A DNA stretch of 64,000 nucleotides from Longimicrobiales bacterium (GCA_965238005.1 OZ250165.1:1568001-1632000), one strand, 5' to 3'. Counted from the first letter of the stretch, positions 52,460-63,794 are shown. Program-made: numbers and translations. The notes: generated by a model from the letters alone, not told the origin.

Positions 52460-52886
52460 AGGGGGTTCGTCGTCCCGGAGCGTAGGGTGCAGCGTATGAC
52501 CCTCGATCCCTTGGAACGTCGAATCCCCGGACGACGGTGCGGGAGGCAGTCTCAACGCGAGACGTACGCCCGGCTCGCAGTCATGCCGAGGCACGAGTCT
52601 AACTCCAGGCCCTTCCGCAGAACCCGAAGAAGTGTCAGGCCGGCCCGAGGCTGAGTCTCAGATAGAACCATGGTTCGCGTCGTACGACCCAGGTCCACTC
52701 AATCAAGTCCGGACGGATCGATCATCCAAGCGAGGATCATCATGGCCCACACGAAGACTGACTCATCCAGCACACCGCTCTCTGACGATCCGGCTAATCC
52801 AACCAAGGGGCTGAGTGCCAAGCCCAACACGGCTTCGCATCCAGCCGGGGCGGAGCCCGCTCTTGACACTCTCTTTCATAGAACTT
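52460..52886 (+). ncRNA. Candidate IS110 bridge/seek RNA region
   Basis: ~430-nt non-coding end with hairpins and short matches to the inferred target and donor junctions. Confidence 0.5.
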
Positions 52887-52959
52887 CTCGCGATTCTGCT
52901 GCACGACAAGAATGCCGACCGCAAGCGAAATGCGCGACCCTGGGCCGCGCGCACCGACC

Positions 52960-53265
52960 TCATTCCGCGGAGCCTTCGGACGCCGCGAAGAGACGCCACT
53001 CGCCGGGGATCCCCTTCAGTGCATGAGCTCCGCGGTCGACGAATCCAAGGCCGGAACCGGCAACGAGGTCCTTGACGGTCCTGGAGACGAGAACCTCGTT
53101 GGCCTCCGCACAGCCCGCGACGCGGGCTCCAAGGTGTACCGCGATTCCCAACACCTTGTCACCCACCACCTCGCATTCGCCGGTGTGCAGGCCCGCCCGA
53201 ATCGCGATCCCCAGGTCAGCGACTGCGTCACGGATCGCACACGCACAGCGGATCCCCCGGGCCGG
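52960..53265 (-). pseudogene. Class III adenylate/guanylate cyclase C-terminal fragment
   Basis: PARGIRCA..IRAGLHTGECE..GIAVHLGARV..EVLVSRTVKDLVAGSG..LKGIPGEWRLF. Confidence 0.85.
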
Positions 53266-55487
53266 CCATCGCGCCCCGTGACGGACGGGCCGACCCAGGC
53301 TCCCCCCTCGCTCAGGACGCGCACCCACGCGCCCCCGATCGGGAGTCCAGACTGGTCGTCCACGACCGTTCCGCGGATGACGGGCTCGAGGGAAGCGTTC
53401 CCCGGTCCCACGACCTGGGAGGCCCAGAACGAACGCTCCTCCGCCGCAACCAGGAGGGAGGCCGCGTCCGCGGGAAGGAGAAAGCGGCCCTCCTGGAGCC
53501 CGCGCACGGTCTCGGAGACTCGTCTGAGGTAGGCGTCCCGTGTCGGGTAGCGTTCGAGAATCGCGGGGCGGGGATCCCCTGACGCCTCCCGGTCGGCCCG
53601 GGTGACCGGGAAGTCGAAGACCGACCCCATCCAGCGGGTGAGCATCCCGTCGGCTCCCCACGCCTCGGTGCGGAGGTTCCATCCCGTCCGGGTGTCGACC
53701 GGTACCGCGATGTCGGGAAGCCTGACTCCCGCCACGTCGTTGCCGTCCGAGTCCACCGCAGGCACGAGGGTCGTGTAGCGCTCTCCCACCCGGGGCGGCG
53801 CGTTGTCGGAGATGCCCGCGGTCCTCCAGCGGGGACCTGGGTCGAGGCGGATCGGCCGGTAGACCGCGGTCGGCATCCGTGATCCCGGGATGTCCGGGAA
53901 GGAGGCCCTGTAGACGTCCAACGTCACGAGCGTACCGTCGTCGATCCGGGGGTAGCGGTTCGGAGGCGGCTCGACCCCGTCGGCTACCCATTCGTCGAGG
54001 GCGGCGAAGAGTGCGCGGCTGACGGGCCCTCGGCTCAGACGGTTCAGGGGGTTGTCGTAGTGCCCACCCGTCATGGACGTGTGTGGGGCCCCGGTCACCA
54101 TGTAGATGCGGACGCTGGGGTCCGGATCGATGTCCCGGGTCCCCTGGACGTCGGTGTGCAGGAGCGACGCGGCGCGGCTCCAATACTCGGTCGAGGTCTG
54201 GAGGAACATCACCTTCGGGACGTTACCCGCCGCTCGTGCCCGCTCGAACATGTCCCCCCGCTCGCCGGTCAGGGGGTCCTCCTGCGGGACCGAGGTGAAG
54301 GGAAAGAAATCGGACGGGTAGAGGTTCTCCTCGTGCTGGCTCCCGTGCCGGGTCGTCTGCCAGAAGCGGTAGTTGAAGAGCCCCTTGCCGCCGCCCGCGA
54401 CCTCGACAAACACCCCGTCGAAGACCGGGCGGCCTTCGGTGTCCGTATTGAAGCCGTCCCAGATGAAGTGGTGCAGGTAGCGGCCCGACTGCGACACGCC
54501 GAAGCCGTAGGCCAGGCGGATCGCTCCGGCGAGCGGGTTGGGCTGCCCCATGTCGTCGGACTCGGCATACCGGAAGAAGGAGACCGGGTCGCGCACGTTC
54601 GCCATGCCCAGCCCTGTCACACGGGGGTTCTCCGCCATGTAGACGAGATCGTAGAGCCACCCGAGCCGGAATCCGTCGTGTACGTAGAGTTGGGACGCAT
54701 CCGGGATGACCTGGCCGTTCTCGTGGCGCGCGAACCCCCACGCGTCCCTCGGAATCTCCGTCGGGGCGGCGCTCCGGTCGGGGCGCATGGTCAGGGTCGC
54801 GTTCCCGTTGTCCAGGGTCGCGGAGGGGTACGAAAGCGATGCGCCCCAGTCGAAGGGGATGCTGTAGAGGAGCTGGTCGGCGGACTCGCTGCTCTGGGTG
54901 ACGAAGTTGTTGCGGTAGAGCTGGTAGCCTCCACTCTCCATCTCGACGTAGACCCTTCCTGTGAGGGTCGCGTCGTCGTCGCTCGCCACCGGCACGTCGG
55001 TCGTGAGTCGGCCGCCGCCGGGGAGCACGTCACCACTCCAGCCGGTCCACAGCACCGAGTAGCCACGCTCCATCAGGAAGCCGCTCCCCGCCCGATCGGG
55101 GTCGTTGCCGCCCGCACCGTTGAAGGTGCCGAGCGCGACCTTGCCACCCCGGTTGTTCACGTCGTAGAGGAGCCGGCCGCTCCCGCGGGACGGGTCCACA
55201 GGCTTGAGTAGGTAGAAGTCCGTGCGGACCTCCACACGGCCTCGCTGATTGACGGGTGCGCGATGAATGTCGGTGATGCGCTGGTTGGCAGGATCGTCGG
55301 GATCCACCTCCAGGTAGAGGCTGCCCACGAGCCGCTCGTATGGACCGACCTCGCCGAAGGACTGGCCGTCCGCGAACGGCTCCCGGCGGTCGATCTCGAT
55401 CCGCGCGACCTGGGCGAGCCCCGTCGCCGGCAGGGCGGCCCAGACGAGCGTGATCGCGCAGAGGTGGGCTACGCGGGAGCCCTTCAC
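53016..55487 (-). CDS. Secreted alpha/beta-hydrolase-domain protein with truncated, chimeric C-terminus
   Basis: GTG 55487 overlapping upstream stop, signal peptide, SFGEVGPYERL, LLYDVNNRG, GVSQSGRYL, TSTEYW, VDSDGNDVAGVRLP. Confidence 0.8.
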   Translation of the reverse strand: MKGSRVAHLCAITLVWAALPATGLAQVARIEIDRREPFADGQSFGEVGPYERLVGSLYLEVDPDDPANQRITDIHRAPVNQRGRVEVRTDFYLLKPVDPSRGSGRLLYDVNNRGGKVALGTFNGAGGNDPDRAGSGFLMERGYSVLWTGWSGDVLPGGGRLTTDVPVASDDDATLTGRVYVEMESGGYQLYRNNFVTQSSESADQLLYSIPFDWGASLSYPSATLDNGNATLTMRPDRSAAPTEIPRDAWGFARHENGQVIPDASQLYVHDGFRLGWLYDLVYMAENPRVTGLGMANVRDPVSFFRYAESDDMGQPNPLAGAIRLAYGFGVSQSGRYLHHFIWDGFNTDTEGRPVFDGVFVEVAGGGKGLFNYRFWQTTRHGSQHEENLYPSDFFPFTSVPQEDPLTGERGDMFERARAAGNVPKVMFLQTSTEYWSRAASLLHTDVQGTRDIDPDPSVRIYMVTGAPHTSMTGGHYDNPLNRLSRGPVSRALFAALDEWVADGVEPPPNRYPRIDDGTLVTLDVYRASFPDIPGSRMPTAVYRPIRLDPGPRWRTAGISDNAPPRVGERYTTLVPAVDSDGNDVAGVRLPDIAVPVDTRTGWNLRTEAWGADGMLTRWMGSVFDFPVTRADREASGDPRPAILERYPTRDAYLRRVSETVRGLQEGRFLLPADAASLLVAAEERSFWASQVVGPGNASLEPVIRGTVVDDQSGLPIGGAWVRVLSEGGAWVGPSVTGRDGRPGGSAVRVRSVTQSLTWGSRFGRACTPANARWWVTRCWESRYTLEPASRAVRRPTRFSSPGPSRTSLPVPALDSSTAELMH

Positions 55488-56287
55488 CTCATCTCGCCCT
55501 CGTAACGGATGACCCTCGCTCGGATCGTCGAGTCCAGGAGGGGCCACTCTTGATCCAAGTATGCGTTGCCGCCCTCCACGATGTCGCCCTGCCTTCCCTG
55601 CCGCACCCCGCTCCCCGAGCTCTCGCCGTATCCCGAGTAGAGCTGGTCTACGACGTCCATCCCCTCGACCACCTGTCCGAAGATGGCAAACGGCTCCCCG
55701 TCGTTGCGCGTGTTGTCCCCGACGTTGATGTAGATCTGGGTCGTGCGGTTCTCGGGCACAGGCGCTTGGGCGAACGCGAACGAGCCCCGAACGTTGCTGC
55801 CGTACTTGGGATCGTCGGGGATCGGATGGGCCTGCCACACTGCGTTCACGGCGGGATCGCCGTGAAGACCCCATTGAACGATGTAGTTGGGGTTCACGCG
55901 ATGAAACCGCGTGTCGTCGTAGTAGCCGAGACGGACCAGGTTGTAGAAGCGGTCCGCGCCGTGGGGCCCGTGTTCCCGCACCACCTCGGTGACGAAGTCC
56001 CCCTTCGACGTCTCGAAGCGGGCGTGCCAGACCGGGGGCGAAGGCCTCCTCCACTCGGAGTGGGATGCATCGAGCAGGACGCTTTGACGCTCCGCCGTTG
56101 GAACGGTGTCGGGGAAGGGCATGCCGAGTTCGATGACGTTCGCCTCAGCGGTCGACCCCGCAGGGTCCGCGCCGCTGGAACTGGCGGGCTCCGGGGACGT
56201 GCACGCGGCGAGAAGGAGCATCGCGGGAAGAACTCCCGCTACGATGTGTGGGGCGGCCCGTCGGTGCTCCACGGCGGTTTTCACCAT
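55484..56287 (-). CDS. Cyclophilin-type peptidyl-prolyl isomerase (lipoprotein)
   Basis: LAAC lipobox, FETSKGDF, RFHRV..VQWG, RTTQIYIN, FGQVVEGMDVVD. Confidence 0.9.
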   Translation of the reverse strand: MVKTAVEHRRAAPHIVAGVLPAMLLLAACTSPEPASSSGADPAGSTAEANVIELGMPFPDTVPTAERQSVLLDASHSEWRRPSPPVWHARFETSKGDFVTEVVREHGPHGADRFYNLVRLGYYDDTRFHRVNPNYIVQWGLHGDPAVNAVWQAHPIPDDPKYGSNVRGSFAFAQAPVPENRTTQIYINVGDNTRNDGEPFAIFGQVVEGMDVVDQLYSGYGESSGSGVRQGRQGDIVEGGNAYLDQEWPLLDSTIRARVIRYEGEMR

Positions 56288-56473
56288 TCACGGCTCCTGT
56301 TCGTGGCCAGGGGTCCGTCGGCCTGCATGTGACACCCCCTTCCGTGAACCAACACCTCCGGGGGCGCCCGCATACGTCATCGACAAACACCTTCATGATC
56401 GGTCTCCCAACTGGTATGCCATCCGCACCGGAATGTCCAGCATCCCCATGAGCGTGGTGCACTGCCGGCTGAT

Positions 56474-56803
56474 TTACTCCTCGGTTGTGCCCATCTCAGC
56501 CGCAACCTCCTTGGCCGAGACCAGTTCGATATGTCGCGTGCATTCCCCCAGCGGGTGTACGGCCTGCCGTGAATCGCCATAGACCCAGACCGCGAGCCTT
56601 ATCCCGGCCTGGCGTTCCCCCTTTTTCCTGACGCACGCAATCCCTTCCTGCTTGATGTCAGCCAGTCGCTTCGCCGCGATGCCTCTTACGCGGGTCAGTT
56701 GGTCAACGGACGCGAACGGTTTCACACGTCGCAATTCGATGATCTGTTTCGCTCGCACGGGACCGATGTGCTTGATCTCCTGGAGCTGCTCGAGGCCAGC
56801 CCG
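56474..56803 (-). pseudogene. ComEA-like helix-hairpin-helix fragment
   Basis: AGLEQLQEIKHIGPVRAKQIIELR..PFASVDQLTRVRGI; 5' end missing. Confidence 0.72.
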
Positions 56804-56808
56804 CTGTC

Positions 56809-57063
56809 GTGCCGCCGCCGAAATGGAAGATGGCGTTGCTCATCATCCTCGCCATCTACCCGCTGCTGCTCATCGTTCTTCCGCTCATGGGAACGGTCTT
56901 CGACATTCCGTACCTGAGTGTCCCCATCACGATCGGCTCCGAGTTCGTGGTGAGGACGTTCGTCACTGCGGTGATCCTGGTGACGCTCATGACGTGGGTC
57001 GCCATGCCCTTTCTCACCAGGCTGTTCCGGGGCTGGCTGTACCCGGCCCCCGGGGGTGAGTAG
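56809..57063 (+). pseudogene. Membrane C-terminal fragment of an antibiotic-biosynthesis-monooxygenase-type protein
   Basis: PPKWKMA..YP..LMTWVAMPFLTRLFRGWL; no N-terminal domain. Confidence 0.65.
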
Positions 57064-57287
57064 CAGCCCGACCTCGATCCCGGTAGCCTTGACCTAAATA
57101 AGGACTCTCCGCTCAACGATCACGTCTATACGAGAGCCTGCAATGGGTGCGCTATCGGTGGCGACTCGCTCGCATCTGGTGAACCGCATTCTTCTCGCTA
57201 TTTTTCCCTCGGGCAAGTTCAGAACGGCTGCTCATCGTCCCACTCCCGGGCGGGAGCCGCGCTCGGGCCTCCTTGAGGGGGAATCCC

Positions 57288-58640
<1,353 letters not shown>

Positions 58641-58864
58641 GAGCTAGCTTGGTCCGAAGAACGCCGCCGGAGCTCCTGGCAACCCACCTGACGGTCGTCA
58701 CCCGCTGTTGTTGGCCCACATGATCGTGTGCGCCGTCTGTGCGCCGCGAGGCGGCGAAAGGCGGTAACACCAGTGGTAACAAAACCCACTGACGCTAGTG
58801 GGCGAACGAAAACCGAAATGTCAGTCTTTATGCGCGTGTGTGGCGCTGGCTGACGCCCGTTTCT

Positions 58865-58909
58865 AGCTTCCCAAGCTGAGGGTCGCCGGTTCGAGTCCGG
58901 TCGCCCGCT
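58865..58909 (+). repeat. att repeat: copy of the tRNA-Gly 3' 45 bp
   Basis: Identical to 48900-48944. Confidence 0.95.
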
Positions 58910-58919
58910 CTCTATAACT

Positions 58920-58958
58920 AAAAGCTCAGCAGCGAGTTACAGGTGCTGGGCTTTTTTA
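58920..58958 (+). terminator. Terminator-like hairpin after the right att
   Basis: AAAAGCTCAGCA...TGCTGGGCTTTTTT. Confidence 0.6.
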
Positions 58959-59279
58959 TGAGTCGGGCCGGTTGCGACGCCAGTGACAATCGCAGTTCGG
59001 GCCCAGGGGCAAAGAGGGGGGTGGGGGGGCCTAGCGGTTGGCAGCCTCCAACGCCATCAGGTGCTCATTCTGACCACCACGGGTAGCAGGGAAGAGGAGT
59101 TCCTGTAGACCACCGTCCTGTTCACGCTAACTACGTGCTCGAGATCTCCAGGACCGTCCCCGCGGAGAGCGTAACGAGAAACCAGTTGGCGGCCGTGCTC
59201 TGTATCGACATCGTGCTCAAGGAGTAGAGGCTCTCCGGTTCCGGTTGGACCCCGTCGCTTCGTCACTGTAATGTGCCGC

Positions 59280-59978
59280 ATGCATTCCACTCGCTCTCAC
59301 CTCGCGCTGATCGTTCCGGCTTCGAACACGGTCATGGAGCCCGACTTCCACCGCACGGGGACCGACTTCCCCTGGACGGTGAGCACGTGGCGCATTTTCC
59401 TCGAGAGTGTCACGGAGGAGGCCGAGATCCGCATGCTGCAAGAGGAGCTTCCCAGGTGCCTCACGCAGATCGCAACCACGGCGCCGGACCTGGTGGTCTT
59501 CGGATGCACTTCCGCCGGCTCCCTGGGAGGGCTCGGACACGACCGGGAGATGATCGATGACATACATGCCCGTACGGGTGCGAGCGTCGTTACCGTGATC
59601 AGTGCGATGCTCGCCGAGTTGGAGGCGATCGGGCCCAGCCGGGTTGCCGTCTTCACCCCCTACCCCGATGAGCTGACGTCGAGCGTGACGCGCTGTGTGG
59701 CCGAGGGCGGGTACGAGATCGCATGCGCGAAGGGAATGCAGCTTCGCGACAATGGGGACATCGGTCGAGTGACTCCCCCCGAGATCACGAATTTCGTTCG
59801 GACGGGGATGGTGGGCGTTTCCGCGGACTGTGTCTTTCTTTCCTGCACGAACTGGCGTGGCATCGAAGCGATGGATGTCCTCCGAGGTGCACTCGGTGTG
59901 CCCGTACTCTCCAGCAACCAGGTCACCCTGGAGGCCAGTCGTCGCGAGGCCACCATGGCTCCCGCAGCGAGGTCTTGA
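59280..59978 (+). CDS. Maleate isomerase / Asp-Glu racemase family protein
   Basis: LIVPASNTVMEPDF, FGCTS, VFTPY, FLSCTNW, PVLSSNQ (two catalytic-type Cys). Confidence 0.88.
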   Translation: MHSTRSHLALIVPASNTVMEPDFHRTGTDFPWTVSTWRIFLESVTEEAEIRMLQEELPRCLTQIATTAPDLVVFGCTSAGSLGGLGHDREMIDDIHARTGASVVTVISAMLAELEAIGPSRVAVFTPYPDELTSSVTRCVAEGGYEIACAKGMQLRDNGDIGRVTPPEITNFVRTGMVGVSADCVFLSCTNWRGIEAMDVLRGALGVPVLSSNQVTLEASRREATMAPAARS

Positions 59979-60023
59979 TGGGCTCGGAGCCCTCGGTGTA
60001 ATGGGGCCAGGAGCGGCTTCGTC

Positions 60024-60137
60024 ATGACCGTCTATCTGATCCTTTTGTCGGCAGCAGGCATCTGCGTCGTTCCGATGGCGCTCATGCTCCTGTTCGAACG
60101 CAAGGAGAAGCGGGAGCAGATCCGGGAGGATCGCTGA
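60024..60137 (+). CDS. 37-aa single-TM protein coupled to the symporter
   Basis: AGGAG RBS; MTVYLILLSAAGICVVPMALMLLFERKEKREQIREDR; TGATG overlap with the next start. Confidence 0.65.
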   Translation: MTVYLILLSAAGICVVPMALMLLFERKEKREQIREDR

Positions 60138-61570
60138 TGGACCTCGGGCTTCTCTCGGCCTTCATCGCCTACTCCATCTTCATCCTGGGAGTCGGCGTAT
60201 GGGGCTACCGCAAGAAGTCCTTCGAGTCCTACGCCGTGGCCGACCGCACGATGGGCTTGGGCCTGGCGACGAGCGCCTTTGTCGCGACCTTTCTCTCAGC
60301 TGTCACGATCATCGGAGTCTCGGGATACGCGTCGATCAACGGCTGGTCGGCGGCGGCCTTCACCTGCTACGGCTACGCGCTCGGTTGGATCCTCCTTCTC
60401 GTGGCCTCGGGCCGACTGCACCGGGCTCGCCTCACGACCGTGCCGGAGTTCCTGGGCCTGCGCTACGAGTCGACGGGGCTCAGGGCGTTCTCTGCGCTCA
60501 CCATCATTGCCCTCTACTCCATCACCCTCGTCGTTCAACTCCTGGCCATCGGCATCACGATGAACACGCTGATCGGATTGGACACGTCGGTCTCTATCCT
60601 GACGGTGGGCGTCGTCTTCGTGAGCTATACGATGCTAGGTGGGCTCGCGTCGGTTCTTCGTACCGACATCGTCCAGGCGGCCCTTCTGGCCGGCGGTGTG
60701 CTCCTGGCGGCAGGCGTTGTCCTTTGGCGAACGGGCGGCGCGGTCGTCACGGCCCCCCCTGCCCACCTGGGAGGCTTCTTTGGCGGCAGCGTGAGCAACA
60801 CCAGCGACTTCATCGGATGGATGCTCGTATGGGGCTTGGGCATCCCGACCCAGTCGTACTATCTACATCGTTTCTACGCGAGCCGGGACGTCCGCGTCGC
60901 GCGCGGTCAGATCGCGTTCGGGGCGATCCTCGTCATGGGGATTCTCCTCTCCGTGATACTGGTCGGGACCGGCGCCGGCATGCTGGTCCCCGCCGACGAG
61001 CTCGGGGATGGAGCCTTCCCATATCTGGTGAAGAACGTAATCGGGGGATGGGCCAGTCTCCCGATCCTGCTCGCGATCACCGCGGCGATCCACTCCACGA
61101 CGGACGGCCTCCTACACATCGTCGGCCTCTACTTCGCGGTAGACGTCTATCAGCCGTTCAGGCCCGACACCGCCGGGGAGGTTCTTCTACGGGTGAGCCG
61201 TAAAGCCACCTTCATCTTCGGAGCAATAGCGACGGTAGTGGCCGCCTACGTTTCGGCCCATCCGGTCCCCCTGATCAGCTTGATCGCCAGCGTCGCATGG
61301 GGTGGAATGGCTTCGACGCTCTTCGCGCCGCTCTTTTTCGGTCTCTTCTGGCGTAGGGCGACTCGACAGGGCGCCCTGGCGAGCGCCGTCGCAGGGCTGA
61401 CGTTCTCGATCGCCGCTTTGGCCCTCAAGCGCGCCGGACTGATGACCATTCACGAGATCTATCCGGGCGTGATCGCCTCGCTGACGCTCATCGTCGCGGT
61501 GTCCCTGGCCACGAGGGGCAACTCGGAGTCCACGCTCGCGCGATTCTTCCCGGAGTCGGCGCGGGCCTGA
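60137..61570 (+). CDS. Sodium:solute symporter family transporter
   Basis: Many TM segments, YAVADR, TVPEFLGLRY, YTMLGG..TD, AAIHSTTD, FWRRAT..GA. Confidence 0.9.
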   Translation: MDLGLLSAFIAYSIFILGVGVWGYRKKSFESYAVADRTMGLGLATSAFVATFLSAVTIIGVSGYASINGWSAAAFTCYGYALGWILLLVASGRLHRARLTTVPEFLGLRYESTGLRAFSALTIIALYSITLVVQLLAIGITMNTLIGLDTSVSILTVGVVFVSYTMLGGLASVLRTDIVQAALLAGGVLLAAGVVLWRTGGAVVTAPPAHLGGFFGGSVSNTSDFIGWMLVWGLGIPTQSYYLHRFYASRDVRVARGQIAFGAILVMGILLSVILVGTGAGMLVPADELGDGAFPYLVKNVIGGWASLPILLAITAAIHSTTDGLLHIVGLYFAVDVYQPFRPDTAGEVLLRVSRKATFIFGAIATVVAAYVSAHPVPLISLIASVAWGGMASTLFAPLFFGLFWRRATRQGALASAVAGLTFSIAALALKRAGLMTIHEIYPGVIASLTLIVAVSLATRGNSESTLARFFPESARA

Positions 61571-61882
61571 AGCTTCTCGCGGGGTGCGCGTACGGTCCTG
61601 CCAATCGCTGATGACAACGCGCCAGGGGAAACCGGAGAGGCCGCGCGCGAGAAACTCGTGTACCCGGTCGATGGTAGACATGGCCATCCGTTTTCTGATT
61701 CCCGGCGGAACATGTCAGATTGTAATCCGCGACGCACCCCTCCATCATCGCGTCCAGATGCTTAAGCCGTTAACGGCCCTCTAACCCACGAGGGCGCTCC
61801 GGCCCAACGACCTCGGCTCCCTTGCTCGACACGCGACCGCCTGTGAGCTAAACTGGGAGGAGGCTGCCGTGCAGGTGAAGGA

Positions 61883-63328
61883 ATGATGAACATATCCGCC
61901 CGACAATTCGTCGTCACACTACTCCCGCTGATCGCCATCGCTGTTCCGAACGAAGCGCGTGCGCAGAGCTCCATGCCGTCGCACGGCTTCAAGGTGGGCA
62001 GACCGTTCCCCACTTTGTCGCTCCCGTCCCTCGATGACGGGCGGCCCGCGTCTATCGCCGACTTCCGCGGTCAGAAGGTCATCCTGCACATCTTTGCATC
62101 TTGGTGAGCAGGCTGTAGGCGACACGTGCCCGGGTGGCACAACGCGACCGAGAGCCTCCAGGACATCGGCAGCGTACAGATGGTCGGGATCATCCAGGAG
62201 CAGCACCCCGACCGGGCCCGCCTCTTCATGCAGTGGAAGCAGATGGGATGGCCCATCCTTGTCGACTCGTACGATCTGCTGGAGGCACCTCACGTGCCGA
62301 TCTCCCTCGCTATCGACGAGAGCGGGGTGATCCGGAAGATCCTCCCAGCGATGCAGGAGGACGGCAGCATCACCGAGGACTTTCTAGAGGAGAGCTTTGG
62401 CTCCGCACGGGACGAGCCGTCGGCACCCACTCCTCCGCCGGACGTGGCTGCCCTCTATGCGCGAGCACAGTCCGAGGGCAGCGCGGAGGCGTGGAAGGCC
62501 TATGGCGACGCGATCGCTGTGTTGGGCGGGGCCGGCCGAGTGGACCAGGCTATTGACGCGTACGAGCGCGTGGTGAGCGAACAGCCTGAAGACGGCATGG
62601 CGCACTTCCGCCTGGGCGTCGCCTACCGTATGCGCTACGACTCGGACGGACGGCGCGACGGCGACTTCCAGAAGGCCGTCGACGAGTGGTCCGCCGCGCT
62701 CGAGATCGATCCCAACCAGTACATCTGGCGCAGACGCATCCAGCAGTACGGGCCCAGGCTCGACAAGCCCTACCCCTTCTACGACTGGGTCGTCACGGCC
62801 CGCGACGATATCCAGGCCTGGGGCGAAGAGCCTGCTCCACTCGCCGTTGAGCCTCGCGGCTCCGAGTTTGCAAGCCCAGAACGGGACTTCGTCGCCAGCC
62901 TGGACGCTCCCCCAGAGCCCGACCCTCTGGGTCGTGTGCTTCGCGACGAGGACCAGTTCATCGAAGTCGAGGCCGTCGCTGTCCCGGCCGGGATCGCTCC
63001 CGGCGTGGTCACCCGGCTGCACTTCTCGTTCCGACCGATCCAGCGCACGGAAGCACACTGGAACAACGAGGCCGAGGAGATGGTCCTCTGGCTCGATCCG
63101 CCCGAGGGATGGGAAGTCGAGACCAGGATGTACGGCTATCCGCTCCCTCCCGAGGTGGTGTCACTGGAGACTCGCGTGATCGAGGCTGAGATCCGTGCGC
63201 CCCAGGAGCTCGGCCGCGGCCCGATCACGATACCGGGATACGCCCTCTACTACGTCTGTGAGAACGTGAACGGGATCTGCATGTATAGGCGTCAGGATCT
63301 GGAGGTGGAGCTGCGGCCCAGGAGGTAG
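61883..63328 (+). CDS. Probable selenoprotein: signal peptide, TlpA/redoxin domain (WUAGC), TPR, DsbD-N-like domain
   Basis: ORFs 61883-62107 and 62126-63328 are in frame; TGA 62105-62107 sits at the first Cys position of FASW-x-AGC; hairpin GTGCC-CGGGT-GGCAC downstream. Confidence 0.8.
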
Positions 63329-63432
63329 GCTGCTACCTCGAATCCTGTGCGCGCAGGCCACCTTATCATGTCATTACACTGAGCCTCGTCGCGCCAGGTG
63401 CATCCGGCTCCTGTGCCATCGTCCCCTCGTGA

Positions 63433-63498
63433 GAGGACGTCAAGCACAACCGCAAGGTGGCCCTCAAAGTCTTGAAGCCCGAATTCGCTGCGGTTGTC
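63433..63498 (+). pseudogene. Ser/Thr protein kinase N-lobe fragment
   Basis: Reads EDVKHNRKVALKVLKPEFAAVV, then a stop. Confidence 0.7.
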
Positions 63499-63529
63499 AA
63501 GGACTAAGATGACGACTGGAGGTTCAACG

Positions 63530-63794
63530 ATGACAGGTCGCACAGGCGTACCCGGTGGGTTGGAGCTCGGCATGCTTGCGATGGTCCTCTGCGCCCCACA
63601 TCCCGGTTCGAGCCAAGACGTGCAGCAAACCTCTTGCTCGGATATCAGTGTGTTGAGCTCGGTGGAAATCCTGCTCTCGTGTGCCACCACCGGGGACGAG
63701 CTCGCTCAATTCAGTCTCGGGCTGATGTACGAGTCCGGTTTGGGGGTGCCCGAAGACGATGTCGAAGCAGTTCGCTGGTACCGATTAGCGGCAG
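63530..63794 (+). pseudogene. Sel1-repeat protein truncated by an IS
   Basis: GDELAQFSLGLMYESGLGVPEDDVEAVRWYRLAA, ending abruptly at the IS end. Confidence 0.8.

Larger units (their letters stand above)
50781..52886 (+). mobile_element. IS110-family element with long 3' non-coding end
   Basis: AACTT at both ends (50781, 52882), sub-terminal inverted TGAAAG/CTTTCA, outward TTGACA at 52863. Confidence 0.75.

Noticed and set aside
52863..52886. Complete promoter formed at the IS circle junction
   Set aside because: TTGACA is present, but the reconstructed junction gives no convincing -10 at 16-18 bp
55488..56054. N-terminal extension of the 1012-aa ORF
   Set aside because: Overlaps the PPIase gene out of frame; GTG 55487 followed by a signal peptide is the better start
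58865..58909. Second tRNA-Gly gene
   Set aside because: Lacks the 5' acceptor strand and D arm; it is an att duplication
61571..61687. Minus-strand MAMSTIDRVHEFLARG... ORF
   Set aside because: May be a 5' gene remnant, but it runs antisense into the symporter and I cannot assign a family
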